Positions 39,450-49,955 of a stretch of DNA of 64,000 bases are shown one piece after another (within the stretch, counting starts at the first letter, position 1; each line of letters starts with the position of its first letter). The position numbers and the translations under genes are program-made. The DNA is from an uncultured Candidatus Actinomarina sp. (GTDB taxonomy: Bacteria; Actinomycetota; Acidimicrobiia; Actinomarinales; Actinomarinaceae), in assembly GCA_902587025.1 (NCBI GenBank), contig CACIJJ010000002.1:23473-87472 (forward strand), read 5' to 3'. The notes beneath the pieces were generated by a model. It ran no database searches. It was not told the DNA's origin and saw nothing but the letters and a program-made list of their open reading frames with translations.

Positions 39450-40464
39450 ATATTTGATTTTTTCTAAAGCGATATTTTTTTAGAACTCTTAATTTGTATC
39501 TTTTGATGTTAAATATAATTTTTTCAAATAATCTTAAAATGTAGCTTTCATTTAAATTTACAGAATCATGTGAATCAATTTGTTTTTCTTTGAATAATGA
39601 AATCCAATATTTTTTATCAAGCTTATCGAAGTTAAACCTTTTTTTAGAAATATATTTTTTTGCTTCAATTAAAAACTCATAATTTATCTCATTAAAATGC
39701 TCCACAATAATTACTGGCAAGTCAGATGTGGTCTCTTGAAAAGTTGGATGTTTTTCAACAATTGGTATAGCTCCTGCGTAAAGCGACTCCCATAATCTAT
39801 GTGTATCATAGCCATTTCCAAAAGGGCAAAGAACAAAATCTGATGAGCTTAATGATTTGAGATAGTCTTTCAATTCTAAATTAGGAGACTCTATTTTTAC
39901 CCAGCTTTTCTTTTCAAAGTGCCGATACAATTCACTTCTAACCTTATCATTTGTATTTATTTGAAAATTAATATAAAGTAGATTTTCTTTTTGAATAATT
40001 TTATTTTTTTTACTGTGCTGTAAAAAATGTTCTTTAAGTAAATTTTTTTTTGAGTAACTATTTGAAATACCCAAAGGAAAAGCTCTTAATTCTGGATGGT
40101 CTATGTTTATATTTACAGAAAACCATTCCGAAATACACTCTGGTTTACTTTTAAATAATTCATAATTTATAGGTTCGTCAGATTGGGCTGTTATGAGTTT
40201 AATATTTTTTAAATTTACTTTGTCTAAGAGTTTAAAAAGTGACTTTACACATGAAAGATTTGTAAAAATTGTATCATTTTCATTAAGCTGAACTGACTTT
40301 AATTTGTAAAAGATTTGTCCATCTATATTTGATATTATGTAGTAGTTACTTAATTCAAGATTGTTAAACTCTTCAGTTGTAACAAGTTCTGAATAGACAA
40401 CATCACACTCTCTAGCAATCTCATAACTTGAAATAAAATTAATTTTACTAAAGTCAGTCATCAT
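39397..40464 (-). CDS. exostosin-like (GT47-type) glycosyltransferase
   Basis: FVLCPFGNGYDTHRLWESLYAGAIPIV resembles the exostosin C-terminal FCLxPxG...R..EAL..GCIPVI block. Confidence 0.4.
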   Translation of the reverse strand: MMTDFSKINFISSYEIARECDVVYSELVTTEEFNNLELSNYYIISNIDGQIFYKLKSVQLNENDTIFTNLSCVKSLFKLLDKVNLKNIKLITAQSDEPINYELFKSKPECISEWFSVNINIDHPELRAFPLGISNSYSKKNLLKEHFLQHSKKNKIIQKENLLYINFQINTNDKVRSELYRHFEKKSWVKIESPNLELKDYLKSLSSSDFVLCPFGNGYDTHRLWESLYAGAIPIVEKHPTFQETTSDLPVIIVEHFNEINYEFLIEAKKYISKKRFNFDKLDKKYWISLFKEKQIDSHDSVNLNESYILRLFEKIIFNIKRYKLRVLKKYRFRKNQIFTKFQNTFLSRSSSRLL

Positions 40465-41378
40465 TTAATCAAATCAAAAAGTAAGTTGTAGGTTTTTTCT
40501 TGATCTCTATAATTAGTAAATTTATGGAAATTATTATTAATGATGTTTTTGTACATTAATGTAAATTGATTAAATTCCCCTACATGAGTCTTTTCTGTAG
40601 TTTCTTCAGAATATATTTCAAAGTAACTGTGAAAATTATCTGGTTTTGAAAAAATAAACGGAAAATGATAAGAACTCTGCAAAGTATCAAATCTCAATTC
40701 ATTTGAGTAAACATCTGAAATACCCCACCTGGAATTAAATTTTATGCCAGATTTAGTTTCAATTTCTATCTCTCCTCCTAGATCAACGTCAATATTATTG
40801 TCAGAAACTTTACTAAATTTATTAATTATGTAATCTTCTTTTTCTAGACTAAAAAAAAGGGATAAAGGATAAATACCTAAATCTAATGTAAAACCACCAC
40901 CTTTATCTTTCTGATATCTAAAATTTTGTTTGTCCATTTCGGGTATCGTAAAGTTTGCTTCAATACTTTGCACATTATTACTTTTAAAAACATTAATAAC
41001 TTCATCCCATAAAGGATGATGCAAATACATCAATCCTTCAAAAATTCTTTTTTTGGATTTATCTTTTAGAAAATCCTTATATTCAAATAATTTAGAACTA
41101 TTCGACAAAGGTTTTTCAATAAGGAAAACATCTGAAAAAGTTTTAATCTGTTCAAAATTTTCTAAATGCGAATTTGGAGTAGATGCAATAATTACAAAAT
41201 CATAAGTACAATTTTTATCAAGGTGATCAAAGTTTTTAATTCGTACCTTACCGGATTCTTCAACATTTGTTTTTTTTCTATCAACAATTTCAATGCAAGA
41301 TATTTTGTTAATATTTAATAGTGCCGGAATAATTCTTTTAGAAGTGTGAATACCGTTTCCAATTACTAATATTTTCAA
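40461..41378 (-). CDS. Gfo/Idh/MocA-family NAD(P)-dependent oxidoreductase
   Basis: N-terminal Rossmann KILVIGNGIHTSKRIIPAL and an EKP motif (LIEKPL). Confidence 0.55.
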   Translation of the reverse strand: MKILVIGNGIHTSKRIIPALLNINKISCIEIVDRKKTNVEESGKVRIKNFDHLDKNCTYDFVIIASTPNSHLENFEQIKTFSDVFLIEKPLSNSSKLFEYKDFLKDKSKKRIFEGLMYLHHPLWDEVINVFKSNNVQSIEANFTIPEMDKQNFRYQKDKGGGFTLDLGIYPLSLFFSLEKEDYIINKFSKVSDNNIDVDLGGEIEIETKSGIKFNSRWGISDVYSNELRFDTLQSSYHFPFIFSKPDNFHSYFEIYSEETTEKTHVGEFNQFTLMYKNIINNNFHKFTNYRDQEKTYNLLFDLIK

Positions 41379-41433
41379 TTTCTTTTATTATAAAGCTTTA
41401 ATATTTAAATCTTATTCAACAAATTCATATTAT

Positions 41434-42444
41434 TTGATTATTATCAAATTTATGAAAATATTAGTTACCGGATGTTTTGGCTTTATTGGATTTAATTTTT
41501 TAAAATATATAGATTCGAATTATAAAAATGAAATAGAAATAATTGGAATTGATTCATTAGAATCAGCAGGTTCTACTACTAATAGTGTTAATTATAAAAA
41601 TGATAAATTTACTTTCATCAAAGGTAATATTGTAGATATCAACAGTTTTGAGATTTCTAAAATTGATGTTGTTGTAAATTTTGCCGCAGAAACCCATGTT
41701 GATAATTCAATCTTTATGCCTGAAAAGTTTATAGATTCAAATGTTCTTGGTGTGACAGAGTTGTTAAAATTTGCAGTGAAAAATAAGATTTCAAAATTTG
41801 TTCATATTTCTACAGATGAAGTTTATGGAAGTGTTCAAAATGAATATTGTAAGGAAAGTAATTTTTTTAACCCCTCTTCACCATATTCTGCATCTAAAGC
41901 TAGCGCTGAGTTAATATGTAACTCATTTATAAAAACATATGGCCTAAATATTTTAACAGTTAGGCCTGCCAATAATTATGGATACTTTCAACAACCTGAA
42001 AAACTTATACCATTTAGCGTTGCAAATCTATTGAACAATCAAAATATTGAAATCTATGGAGACGGTAAAAATATACGTCATTGGCTTCATGTCTCTGATA
42101 CTTCAAGTGCTATTTTAAAAATAATTGAACAAGTTAATGAGCCAGATGTTTTCAATGTTGGTTCTGGAGTTTATATGAACAATATTGACTTAAGCCATAA
42201 GTTGCTGAGTATTTTGAATTTAACTGATGAAAGAATTACATTTGTTGAAGATAGGCCCGGGCATGATTTCAGATATGCTATTGATTTCTCAAAATTAAAA
42301 TCTCTTGGTTGGGAACCACAGGCCCAATTCGACAATGAACTAGGAAATACTGTCAACTGGTATATCAATAATGAAGAATGGTGGAAAAATTCTTATCAAA
42401 ATATTATAAATAGTAAGAGAAAAAAAAGGAAAGGATTGGTTTAA
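41434..42444 (+). CDS. rfbB: dTDP-glucose 4,6-dehydratase
   Basis: ILVTGCFGFIGFNF, YSASKASAE (YxxxK), HWLHVSDTSSA (the RfbB HV.D motif). Confidence 0.7.
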   Translation: MIIIKFMKILVTGCFGFIGFNFLKYIDSNYKNEIEIIGIDSLESAGSTTNSVNYKNDKFTFIKGNIVDINSFEISKIDVVVNFAAETHVDNSIFMPEKFIDSNVLGVTELLKFAVKNKISKFVHISTDEVYGSVQNEYCKESNFFNPSSPYSASKASAELICNSFIKTYGLNILTVRPANNYGYFQQPEKLIPFSVANLLNNQNIEIYGDGKNIRHWLHVSDTSSAILKIIEQVNEPDVFNVGSGVYMNNIDLSHKLLSILNLTDERITFVEDRPGHDFRYAIDFSKLKSLGWEPQAQFDNELGNTVNWYINNEEWWKNSYQNIINSKRKKRKGLV

Positions 42445-42451
42445 TTCTGAT

Positions 42452-43318
42452 ATGAAAACAGGCGGAATTTTACTTTGTGGAGGTCATGGTACAAGACTTT
42501 TTCCTACAACAAAATATATTAACAAACACTTAATACCAATTTATGACAAACCAATGATATATTACTCACTTTCAATTCTGTTACTTGCAGGGATGAGGGA
42601 AATAACAATAGTTTGTAATCCTGAAGACAGAGATTCATTTCAAAAACTATTAGGAAGCGGAGAAGAATTTGGAGCGGACATTAAATATTCAGTACAAGAA
42701 GCACCACTAGGAATACCAGATGCAATTTCAAAAGCCCTAGAGGTGTCGGAGTACGACAAATTTATTACAGTATTAGGCGACAATTTTATATTTGGTCAAA
42801 ATTTTTTTACTAATTTAGAATTTATATATAACAATACAGTCACTTCCTCTATTTTTCATCAAAAGGTGAAGAACCCAGAAGACTTTGGCGTAATTGATGT
42901 AGACAGTAATAACAAAATTACATCTATAATTGAAAAACCAAAAAAGTATATCTCAAATAAGGCTGTAATAGGTCTTTATATTTTTGATCATAATTTTCAA
43001 AATTATTTTGAAAACTCTTCTCATTCAAAAAGAAATGAATATGAAATTGTTGATATATTGAATCAATATTTGAACAATAATTTACAACATCATGAAATTG
43101 GGAGGGGAACAGCTTGGTTTGATATGGGTACAACAGAGGCATTTTTTAATTGTTCTTCCTTTGTAAGGACAATCCAGGAAAGACAAGATGTTTTAGTTTG
43201 TTCTCCGCATGAAATTGCTTATAGAAACAACTGGATTGATCAAATATCTTTAGAAAACTACATTGGAACTATTAAAGGATCTGAATACTCTGAAAACTTG
43301 ATTAATTCTTTGCTATAA
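42452..43318 (+). CDS. rfbA: glucose-1-phosphate thymidylyltransferase
   Basis: GGILLCGGHGTRLFPTTKYINKHLIPIYDKPMIYY, the RmlA N-terminal signature. Confidence 0.7.
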   Translation: MKTGGILLCGGHGTRLFPTTKYINKHLIPIYDKPMIYYSLSILLLAGMREITIVCNPEDRDSFQKLLGSGEEFGADIKYSVQEAPLGIPDAISKALEVSEYDKFITVLGDNFIFGQNFFTNLEFIYNNTVTSSIFHQKVKNPEDFGVIDVDSNNKITSIIEKPKKYISNKAVIGLYIFDHNFQNYFENSSHSKRNEYEIVDILNQYLNNNLQHHEIGRGTAWFDMGTTEAFFNCSSFVRTIQERQDVLVCSPHEIAYRNNWIDQISLENYIGTIKGSEYSENLINSLL

Positions 43319-43320
43319 AT

Positions 43321-44445
43321 ATGTATAGAAAGATAAATTTTCATGAACCCTCTGAGTCTTCTAAGATTAAAAAGTATGTCAACCAATCGCTAAATACGAA
43401 TTATTACTCAGAAGGAATTTTTGACTACAAAGTTAAAAAATACCTGGCATCAAATTATGGTCTCAAGAATACACTCATTACCCACAGTGCAACAGGTGCT
43501 TTAGAGTTAAGTGCATTAATTGCAAAAAGCTCTTTTCCTAATAAAAAAGTTTTCTTACCATCGTACACATTCTCTTCAACTGCAAATGCATTTATAAGAG
43601 CTGGATTTAAAATTCAATTTTTGGACATTGTAAAAGAGAACTTTATGATTGATTTTAAAGAATCAGTAAAAAAAGTTCAAAATAACATACTTGTTCCAGT
43701 TCACTATGCAGGATTTCCTGTAGAAATGCATGGATATAGAGATTTTAAAAAAGAAGGCTTTTTAATTGAAGATGCCGCACAAGGATTAGGTGCAACATGG
43801 AAAAATAAGAATGTTGGTACTTTCGGTAATTTATCTGCATTTTCTTTTCACTATACAAAAAATATTCATGGGGGGTTTGCAGGCCTTATCTCAGTTAATG
43901 AAAAAAAATATTTTGAACAAGCAAAATTTATATATGAGCGCGGTACCGATAGGACAAAGGTGGTTTCGGGTTTAAAAAATAGATACCAATGGGTAGAGAT
44001 AGGTTCTAGTTTTCAGGTTCCTGATATATTAGCAGCTATAATTTATGCTCAACTTGAGGACTATGAAGTTATCAATAAAAAGAGAAAAAAAGTTTATGAA
44101 TTTTATTCAAACTTGTTCTCATCTAAGGATTACAGCTCTTTCTTTACACTTCCCAAATATTCAATTCAAAGTAGGCACAACAACCATGCTTTCTTTCTAA
44201 TATTTAATACAGACAAACAAGCGAGTAATTTTATTGAGTTTACAAAATCTAAAGGTGTAAATTGTTATATTGGATACGTCCCACTTCATAATTCAAAAAT
44301 GGGAAAAAGATTAGGACTAGATAAGAGACTAAACAATACAGAAACTTACGCAAAAAAAATTGTTAGATTACCATTTCATACAAACCTTATAAAAGAAGAC
44401 CTTAATTATATTTCAGAAGTTTTTGAAAGCTATTTCAAATTATAG
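43321..44445 (+). CDS. DegT/DnrJ/EryC1/StrS-family PLP-dependent sugar aminotransferase
   Basis: Fold-type I aminotransferase blocks with the PLP lysine context FSFHYTKNIHGG. 374 aa. Starts 2 nt after rfbA. Confidence 0.7.
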   Translation: MYRKINFHEPSESSKIKKYVNQSLNTNYYSEGIFDYKVKKYLASNYGLKNTLITHSATGALELSALIAKSSFPNKKVFLPSYTFSSTANAFIRAGFKIQFLDIVKENFMIDFKESVKKVQNNILVPVHYAGFPVEMHGYRDFKKEGFLIEDAAQGLGATWKNKNVGTFGNLSAFSFHYTKNIHGGFAGLISVNEKKYFEQAKFIYERGTDRTKVVSGLKNRYQWVEIGSSFQVPDILAAIIYAQLEDYEVINKKRKKVYEFYSNLFSSKDYSSFFTLPKYSIQSRHNNHAFFLIFNTDKQASNFIEFTKSKGVNCYIGYVPLHNSKMGKRLGLDKRLNNTETYAKKIVRLPFHTNLIKEDLNYISEVFESYFKL

Positions 44446-45201
44446 AAAAATTAACCTAGCAAGATGGGGATTGACATAAGGTCCGTGATTTATAAACTGA
44501 ATTATTTGGAATTTGCTTATCCATTTAAAATTATCATCTAAATCACCAATTTGTTCAAAATCGATATTTTTAACTAATCCAAGATTCCTTTTATTAAAAA
44601 GACGACCACCATCTTCCGACAACCATTGCTTAAATATAAAACTATCTTCACTTTCATAATCTTTGAAAAATTCATAATATTTTGGTTCAGATCCTTTATG
44701 AGCTTTTTTTATATTAGAGAATGTAGCTTGAAGAGAGGGGCTTAATTGTATGAGTTCATAATTTCCTGGTTCAAACTTAGCTTCTACTAAATAATGAGGA
44801 AGTCCATTGATCTCGGACCTAATCAATCCTAATATACCACCATCAAAGTCAATCTCCGATATTATTGGCTGATTCCACCCTTTAACACCTACTTCTCTCG
44901 TAGATGAGTTTCGTATTTTCAGACCAAATATTTCAAAAAATTTACCTGATTCATGTTTAAAATTACCATCCTTATCAGATGACCAAGATTCTAAATCATT
45001 TAAATTTATTTTTTCAACGCTAGCTGAAAGATTGTTTTTAAGATTTTCTAACCAAGAAAATAAATCTTCAAAAGATTCAGAATTATTCGTACAATAAATT
45101 GATTCAATTAATTTTTCAATCTCTAGATTGCTTTTATCATTAAGAATTTTTGAGAGTCTTTTTTTAAGTTGATTGAATTCACTTAGATTTATATTGCTCA
45201 T
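44440..45201 (-). CDS. hypothetical protein, possibly NDP-hexose 2,3-dehydratase-like domain
   Basis: YLVEAKFEPGNYELIQLSPSLQATFSN resembles the hexose-dehydratase repeat, but only one domain of 253 aa is present. Confidence 0.25.
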   Translation of the reverse strand: MSNINLSEFNQLKKRLSKILNDKSNLEIEKLIESIYCTNNSESFEDLFSWLENLKNNLSASVEKINLNDLESWSSDKDGNFKHESGKFFEIFGLKIRNSSTREVGVKGWNQPIISEIDFDGGILGLIRSEINGLPHYLVEAKFEPGNYELIQLSPSLQATFSNIKKAHKGSEPKYYEFFKDYESEDSFIFKQWLSEDGGRLFNKRNLGLVKNIDFEQIGDLDDNFKWISKFQIIQFINHGPYVNPHLARLIFL

Positions 45202-45255
45202 CTTTTTTAATCTTAATAAATATATAGAACTTTAATAGTAATAAAATAAACAAAC

Positions 45256-46215
45256 ATGGAGCATAAAAGCGTTACAGTAATTATCCCAACAGTAAACAGA
45301 CCTCAACTTATTAAAAGATGTATAGATTCAGTACTTAATCAAGATTATGAAGGCGATATTGATTGTATAGTTGTCGATAGTTCTGAGAATCTTGAAACAA
45401 GAAATTTATGTGAAACAGCATCATTAAGCCTATCAAAAACTTTAAACAGAAATATAGAATATATACAGAACAAAGACTCAAAGTTCCCAATAGATAATTG
45501 GATTATTGGCTCTAAAAAGATTTCAACAAATTATGCAAAATTTTTATGTGACGATGACTGGTTGGATAGTAATTTCATTAGTGAATGTGTTTATTATTTA
45601 AATAAAAATAAAGCAAAAACTGTTGTAACAAATATAAACATACATCAGACTAATGGAAACATAATGGAAAATTACTATAATCTTGAAAACGGTTTAATTC
45701 CAAAAACTAAAGTAATTGATTCGTTTCTTAATAGAAGCTCTATTTTGCCTGTTACACCTACTGCAGCCTTGATGGTTTCCTCTAAATTTTTAGAAAGTTT
45801 TAAATTTTCACTTCAACATTGGGAATGTACGAAGTACTTATTCGGTTTTGATTTTTTAATGAATTATTACGGTAGTTTTGATGAATCGAATACCTTCATT
45901 CTTGAAAATTCGTTAGCTAATTCATGGGCGGGTGATGACTCAATGACATTAAATGTAAAAAAATCAAACATTTTTTATTGCTACTTACTTGCTTTGGGAC
46001 GGTTGGTATATAAATTTGAACAAAAATTAAATCCTGAACAAAAAAAATTATTTTCCCATTATTTACGTATTATTGAACTTAAATCAATTTTTCAACCAGA
46101 ATTGAAAAAAAGAATATTTGAATTTCCAATTAATAAAAAATTGATTGTTAGAAAATTAATCAGTGATTTTATATCAAAGTTATTAATAAAAATTAAGTAT
46201 AAATTTAAAAATTAG
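45256..46215 (+). CDS. GT2 glycosyltransferase
   Basis: VTVIIPTVNRPQLIKRCIDSVLNQ, then CDDDWL (DxD). Confidence 0.7.
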   Translation: MEHKSVTVIIPTVNRPQLIKRCIDSVLNQDYEGDIDCIVVDSSENLETRNLCETASLSLSKTLNRNIEYIQNKDSKFPIDNWIIGSKKISTNYAKFLCDDDWLDSNFISECVYYLNKNKAKTVVTNINIHQTNGNIMENYYNLENGLIPKTKVIDSFLNRSSILPVTPTAALMVSSKFLESFKFSLQHWECTKYLFGFDFLMNYYGSFDESNTFILENSLANSWAGDDSMTLNVKKSNIFYCYLLALGRLVYKFEQKLNPEQKKLFSHYLRIIELKSIFQPELKKRIFEFPINKKLIVRKLISDFISKLLIKIKYKFKN

Positions 46216-47089
46216 TATTTTGAAATTTACGCAAAGCTTTTTGATTTAAAAAACGCTTGGCTTTACCTTGGTAATGAATATTTGCAACATTGATAAATTT
46301 TTTATTGTAAATATCATAAATACTAAATCCACTATTTTTTTTATTTTTATATGTTTTAATATGTCCTCTAAAGCTCATATTGTATTGTTTTTTTTCATAA
46401 AATCCTTCAGAGTCATTAATGTCATTCATAAAAACAAAATTTTTATTTTTATTATTAGTTATTGGAAGCATAAGATTTTGTACTTTAACTAAGTTATTTT
46501 TCTCAAGTAAATAGAAAAGTGTCATATCACAAATGCCGCCAGATCGAGTACTTTCATGGTAATTAATTTTCTGTTCAATCATGCTAAACTTTTCTTTTGT
46601 AACAAAAATATCTTCGTATAACTTTTGAAATTCAACAAAAAAATTCCTACTCAATAGAGATGAATGAATACTTGCTGTCATGTGGAAAGGATTATCAAAA
46701 TTATTGCTAACTAAATAGGCATTGTCTTCAATAAAATTGAAGTTGTTAATATTTTCTAGGAGAATATTGTCACTATCAATATGAAAAATATTTTCTATAT
46801 TATTTTCTTCCATAAATAGCTTTGTAATAAATACCCTCAAGTACCACAACCATACATATTTTTTATCAGTAAAGTTGTATGGTTCAAAATGAGATTTGAG
46901 ATATCCAATTTCATCTTTTTTAAGATAATCTTCGTAATTTACAAACTCAACGTTATTAATTTGAGATAGATGACTAACTTCACTATCACCAATAAGAATA
47001 ATTTTATTTGAGGTAGAAGTTATTTGACAATTAAATTTTAAGTAGTCTTGATACCCTGTATGAAAAATTAATACCTTTGTTTCTGACAT
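46205..47089 (-). CDS. putative DxD-motif glycosyltransferase-like protein (paralog of 13476-14330)
   Basis: VLIFHTGYQDYLKFNCQ...KIILIGDSEVS and IFHIDSDNIL are colinear with the 13476 ORF. Confidence 0.35.
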   Translation of the reverse strand: MSETKVLIFHTGYQDYLKFNCQITSTSNKIILIGDSEVSHLSQINNVEFVNYEDYLKKDEIGYLKSHFEPYNFTDKKYVWLWYLRVFITKLFMEENNIENIFHIDSDNILLENINNFNFIEDNAYLVSNNFDNPFHMTASIHSSLLSRNFFVEFQKLYEDIFVTKEKFSMIEQKINYHESTRSGGICDMTLFYLLEKNNLVKVQNLMLPITNNKNKNFVFMNDINDSEGFYEKKQYNMSFRGHIKTYKNKKNSGFSIYDIYNKKFINVANIHYQGKAKRFLNQKALRKFQNTNF

Positions 47090-47157
47090 TGTTCACATTT
47101 TAATAAAATTAAAATACTAGATAATTAAATAGTTAAAATGTATAAGTACTAAATTTT

Positions 47158-48165
47158 ATGAAAAAAATAATCAGTGAAAATTACAAATCAATTCGGGTAA
47201 AACCAATAAATTTTAACGATAAGGATGATCTTTTATTCAAAAATGAGTATGTAAAAACAATACCTGAAACTTACTATTTGTTCGACAAAAACATATATTT
47301 AAATAATAATAATTTGTATAAGTATAAATATTTAAATAAATACTTGTCCGAAACAAAGATGGATACTGACAATTGGAACTTTTTTAAGAACAGTTTAAAA
47401 AAGTTGGTGAATAAATCTTTTCCAAAGCATATTAGCTATATTGACCAAGCTAGCTGGGTGATTGATGACAAGAGTATAAATTATTTTCATTGGATGACAG
47501 ATGTTTTAAGTAGGATAGCCTTAATACCACCTCCTTTATTGGACAACTATCCGATAATGGTTCCAAAAAAACTTATTTATAAATCTTTTATTAGAGAATC
47601 TTTGGAGCTATTAAAGACCAATTACATAACCTACGAAGAAAATGATAGTTATAAAATTGGTAAAATGTTGATAACTAGTCACGTTGCACCTGCCGGAAAT
47701 TTTAATAAGAATTTTATTTTAACAGTAAGAGATCAGCTTTTAAAAACAATTGATACAAGGCCTAATACAGGAGCAAGGCTTTGGGTAAGTAGAAAAAAAC
47801 AAAATAGAAGAATTTTGGTTAATGAAGATGAAATCTTAGAAATACTTTTAGAATTTGGTTTCCAAATTATATTACCTGAAGAACTTAGTTTTAAAGAACA
47901 ACTCAAATTATTTTCAGGAGCATCTTTATTAGCTGGAACCCATGGTGCGGCTTTGACAAATGCAATGTTTATGGAAACAAATTCAAGTATTCTTGAGATT
48001 AGAGCAAGCAATGATACACACAGGAACCCATTTTTTACTTTAGCAAGTGAATTTGATTTAAGGTATTATTATCTTCTTGCTAATCCAAAAATCGATTCTC
48101 TTGAATCTGATTTATATCTAAATCCTAAAAATTTAAAAAATACTTTGATGTCGATTTTAAATTAA
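47158..48165 (+). CDS. GT61/DUF563-like glycosyltransferase (capsular polysaccharide biosynthesis protein-like)
   Basis: SGASLLAGTHGAALTNAMFM matches the GxHGAxLxN block of the DUF563 family. Confidence 0.45.
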   Translation: MKKIISENYKSIRVKPINFNDKDDLLFKNEYVKTIPETYYLFDKNIYLNNNNLYKYKYLNKYLSETKMDTDNWNFFKNSLKKLVNKSFPKHISYIDQASWVIDDKSINYFHWMTDVLSRIALIPPPLLDNYPIMVPKKLIYKSFIRESLELLKTNYITYEENDSYKIGKMLITSHVAPAGNFNKNFILTVRDQLLKTIDTRPNTGARLWVSRKKQNRRILVNEDEILEILLEFGFQIILPEELSFKEQLKLFSGASLLAGTHGAALTNAMFMETNSSILEIRASNDTHRNPFFTLASEFDLRYYYLLANPKIDSLESDLYLNPKNLKNTLMSILN

Positions 48166-48260
48166 ATCTAGATAAAATTTGTCCTTATAAAACTTGATAA
48201 CATTGCTAAAAAATTAATAATTTAAAATAGTCAATATACATAAAGCTCTAACATGGATAT

Positions 48261-49955
48261 GTGGATACAATCGAAATTGAAGGCATTTGTGGACCAACTC
48301 CAGTTGATTTTATAGAACCCAATATAACTGGTAGCGATTATATTTTTCAAAACGATCCTTTGTTTGATCCATTAAATGTCTATGATTTTTTTGGAAGAGG
48401 CGCTACCGTAAACTCTTTCTCAGAGTGTTTTTATTATGTAAATCTAGGTTTCTCACCAGATAAAGTAACTATTTTTGATTATTTAATACCAACTATATTC
48501 ACACTAGCTATAGGTCTATTTGGCTTTTTATTGTATAAATGGAATTTTAAAACTAAATTAATTGATTTATTTTCAACAATTAAAAAAATAGATTTCAAGA
48601 AATATAAGAATAATAGGATTACCCCAAAAATTTTATTTTCAATTTTTCTAATTTGGTCTTTAATTCAGTATTATTTTTTATTTCGTTATGTAAGTTCTAA
48701 GGCCCTTCGCATACCTTCATTTATCGATGAATATAATGTTATTTCCTCCAGTTATCTATTTTTTACACAATTAGATTTTAATGCTGGAGGATATCTTGGA
48801 GGAAATTATACAGTCCAGCTGACTTCAGGACCACTTTCTGCTTTAGGTGGGGTAATAGGTTGGAGCTTAACTGAAAGCTTTAATTTTTCAAGGGTTTCAA
48901 ATTTTATTTGGCTGTTTTTATTGCAGTTCACATTGGCATTTTTTATTGGTAAAAATTTTAATTTAGATAAAAAATTTCTTTTTCTCACTTCTGGTCTGTT
49001 TTTAATACTCATACCATGGTGGCAAGGGGGTCTTTATTCTTTAGGAGAAATTCCTTCAACAATATTATTTGTGAGTGCAGTATTTCTATTTTCAAAATAT
49101 AGGAAAACATCTATAATTTTATTTTCGCTCGGAATATTTTATGCAAAAATATTAACATTCTTACCTTTTATTGCGTTTTATATTGTAATAGCAATTTACG
49201 AAAGAAATCTAAAGAATATAGTTTCTGATATTATAGTTTTTTTAATTCCTATTTCATTTTGGCTCATATTAGTTTCTCTAAAGTATGAAAACGGATCCTT
49301 AATAGATTACTTATTTAATCAATTTAACTTCATTACTCAACACAAAGCTTCTGGGATTAATAATACCGATTATTCTTTTTATGAAAATTTCATAAATACT
49401 TTGAATGACTCAGAGTTCTCGGGATGGAATATATATGAAAAAATTAGATTAATTTTATTACCACTAGCGTTCATATTTTTAATATTTAGAAATAGAGTAA
49501 AAATAGATAAATATTTTGGATTCATCTCTATTCCAATAATATCTTCAACTTTGTCTATTTACTTTTGGTTTTGGCTCCTTAACTCAACAAAGTGGATTAG
49601 ACACACGCAACACTTTACTGTCTTGATGATTTTTTCATTAGTCTATATTTTAAATTCGAATGCTATACGAAATAAATTTGATTTAATTTTAATTAACACC
49701 ATTTTGTTTTTATTAATAGACAACAACAAGGAAATGATTTTATTCTTTGTATTTATCAGTTTTTTAATCATTACAATACTGGACAAAAGCTATATAAAAT
49801 CTGCGGCTAAAGTGATCCTAGTTTTTTTTATTGCATTAGATATAATTCTCGTAAACGAAAATATTGTAGTTTTTGAAAATCTTTATCAAACTTATATGAA
49901 CTGTGAAATTACAATTTTATCCGAAGATTGTAGGATAACTTATCTTGGAAGATAA
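48261..49955 (+). CDS. polytopic membrane protein, possible GT-C-type glycosyltransferase
   Basis: 564 aa (GTG start) with more than 12 TM segments. Converges on, and overlaps by 16 nt, the DPM1-like GT2 at 49940-50641. Confidence 0.4.
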   Translation: MDTIEIEGICGPTPVDFIEPNITGSDYIFQNDPLFDPLNVYDFFGRGATVNSFSECFYYVNLGFSPDKVTIFDYLIPTIFTLAIGLFGFLLYKWNFKTKLIDLFSTIKKIDFKKYKNNRITPKILFSIFLIWSLIQYYFLFRYVSSKALRIPSFIDEYNVISSSYLFFTQLDFNAGGYLGGNYTVQLTSGPLSALGGVIGWSLTESFNFSRVSNFIWLFLLQFTLAFFIGKNFNLDKKFLFLTSGLFLILIPWWQGGLYSLGEIPSTILFVSAVFLFSKYRKTSIILFSLGIFYAKILTFLPFIAFYIVIAIYERNLKNIVSDIIVFLIPISFWLILVSLKYENGSLIDYLFNQFNFITQHKASGINNTDYSFYENFINTLNDSEFSGWNIYEKIRLILLPLAFIFLIFRNRVKIDKYFGFISIPIISSTLSIYFWFWLLNSTKWIRHTQHFTVLMIFSLVYILNSNAIRNKFDLILINTILFLLIDNNKEMILFFVFISFLIITILDKSYIKSAAKVILVFFIALDIILVNENIVVFENLYQTYMNCEITILSEDCRITYLGR

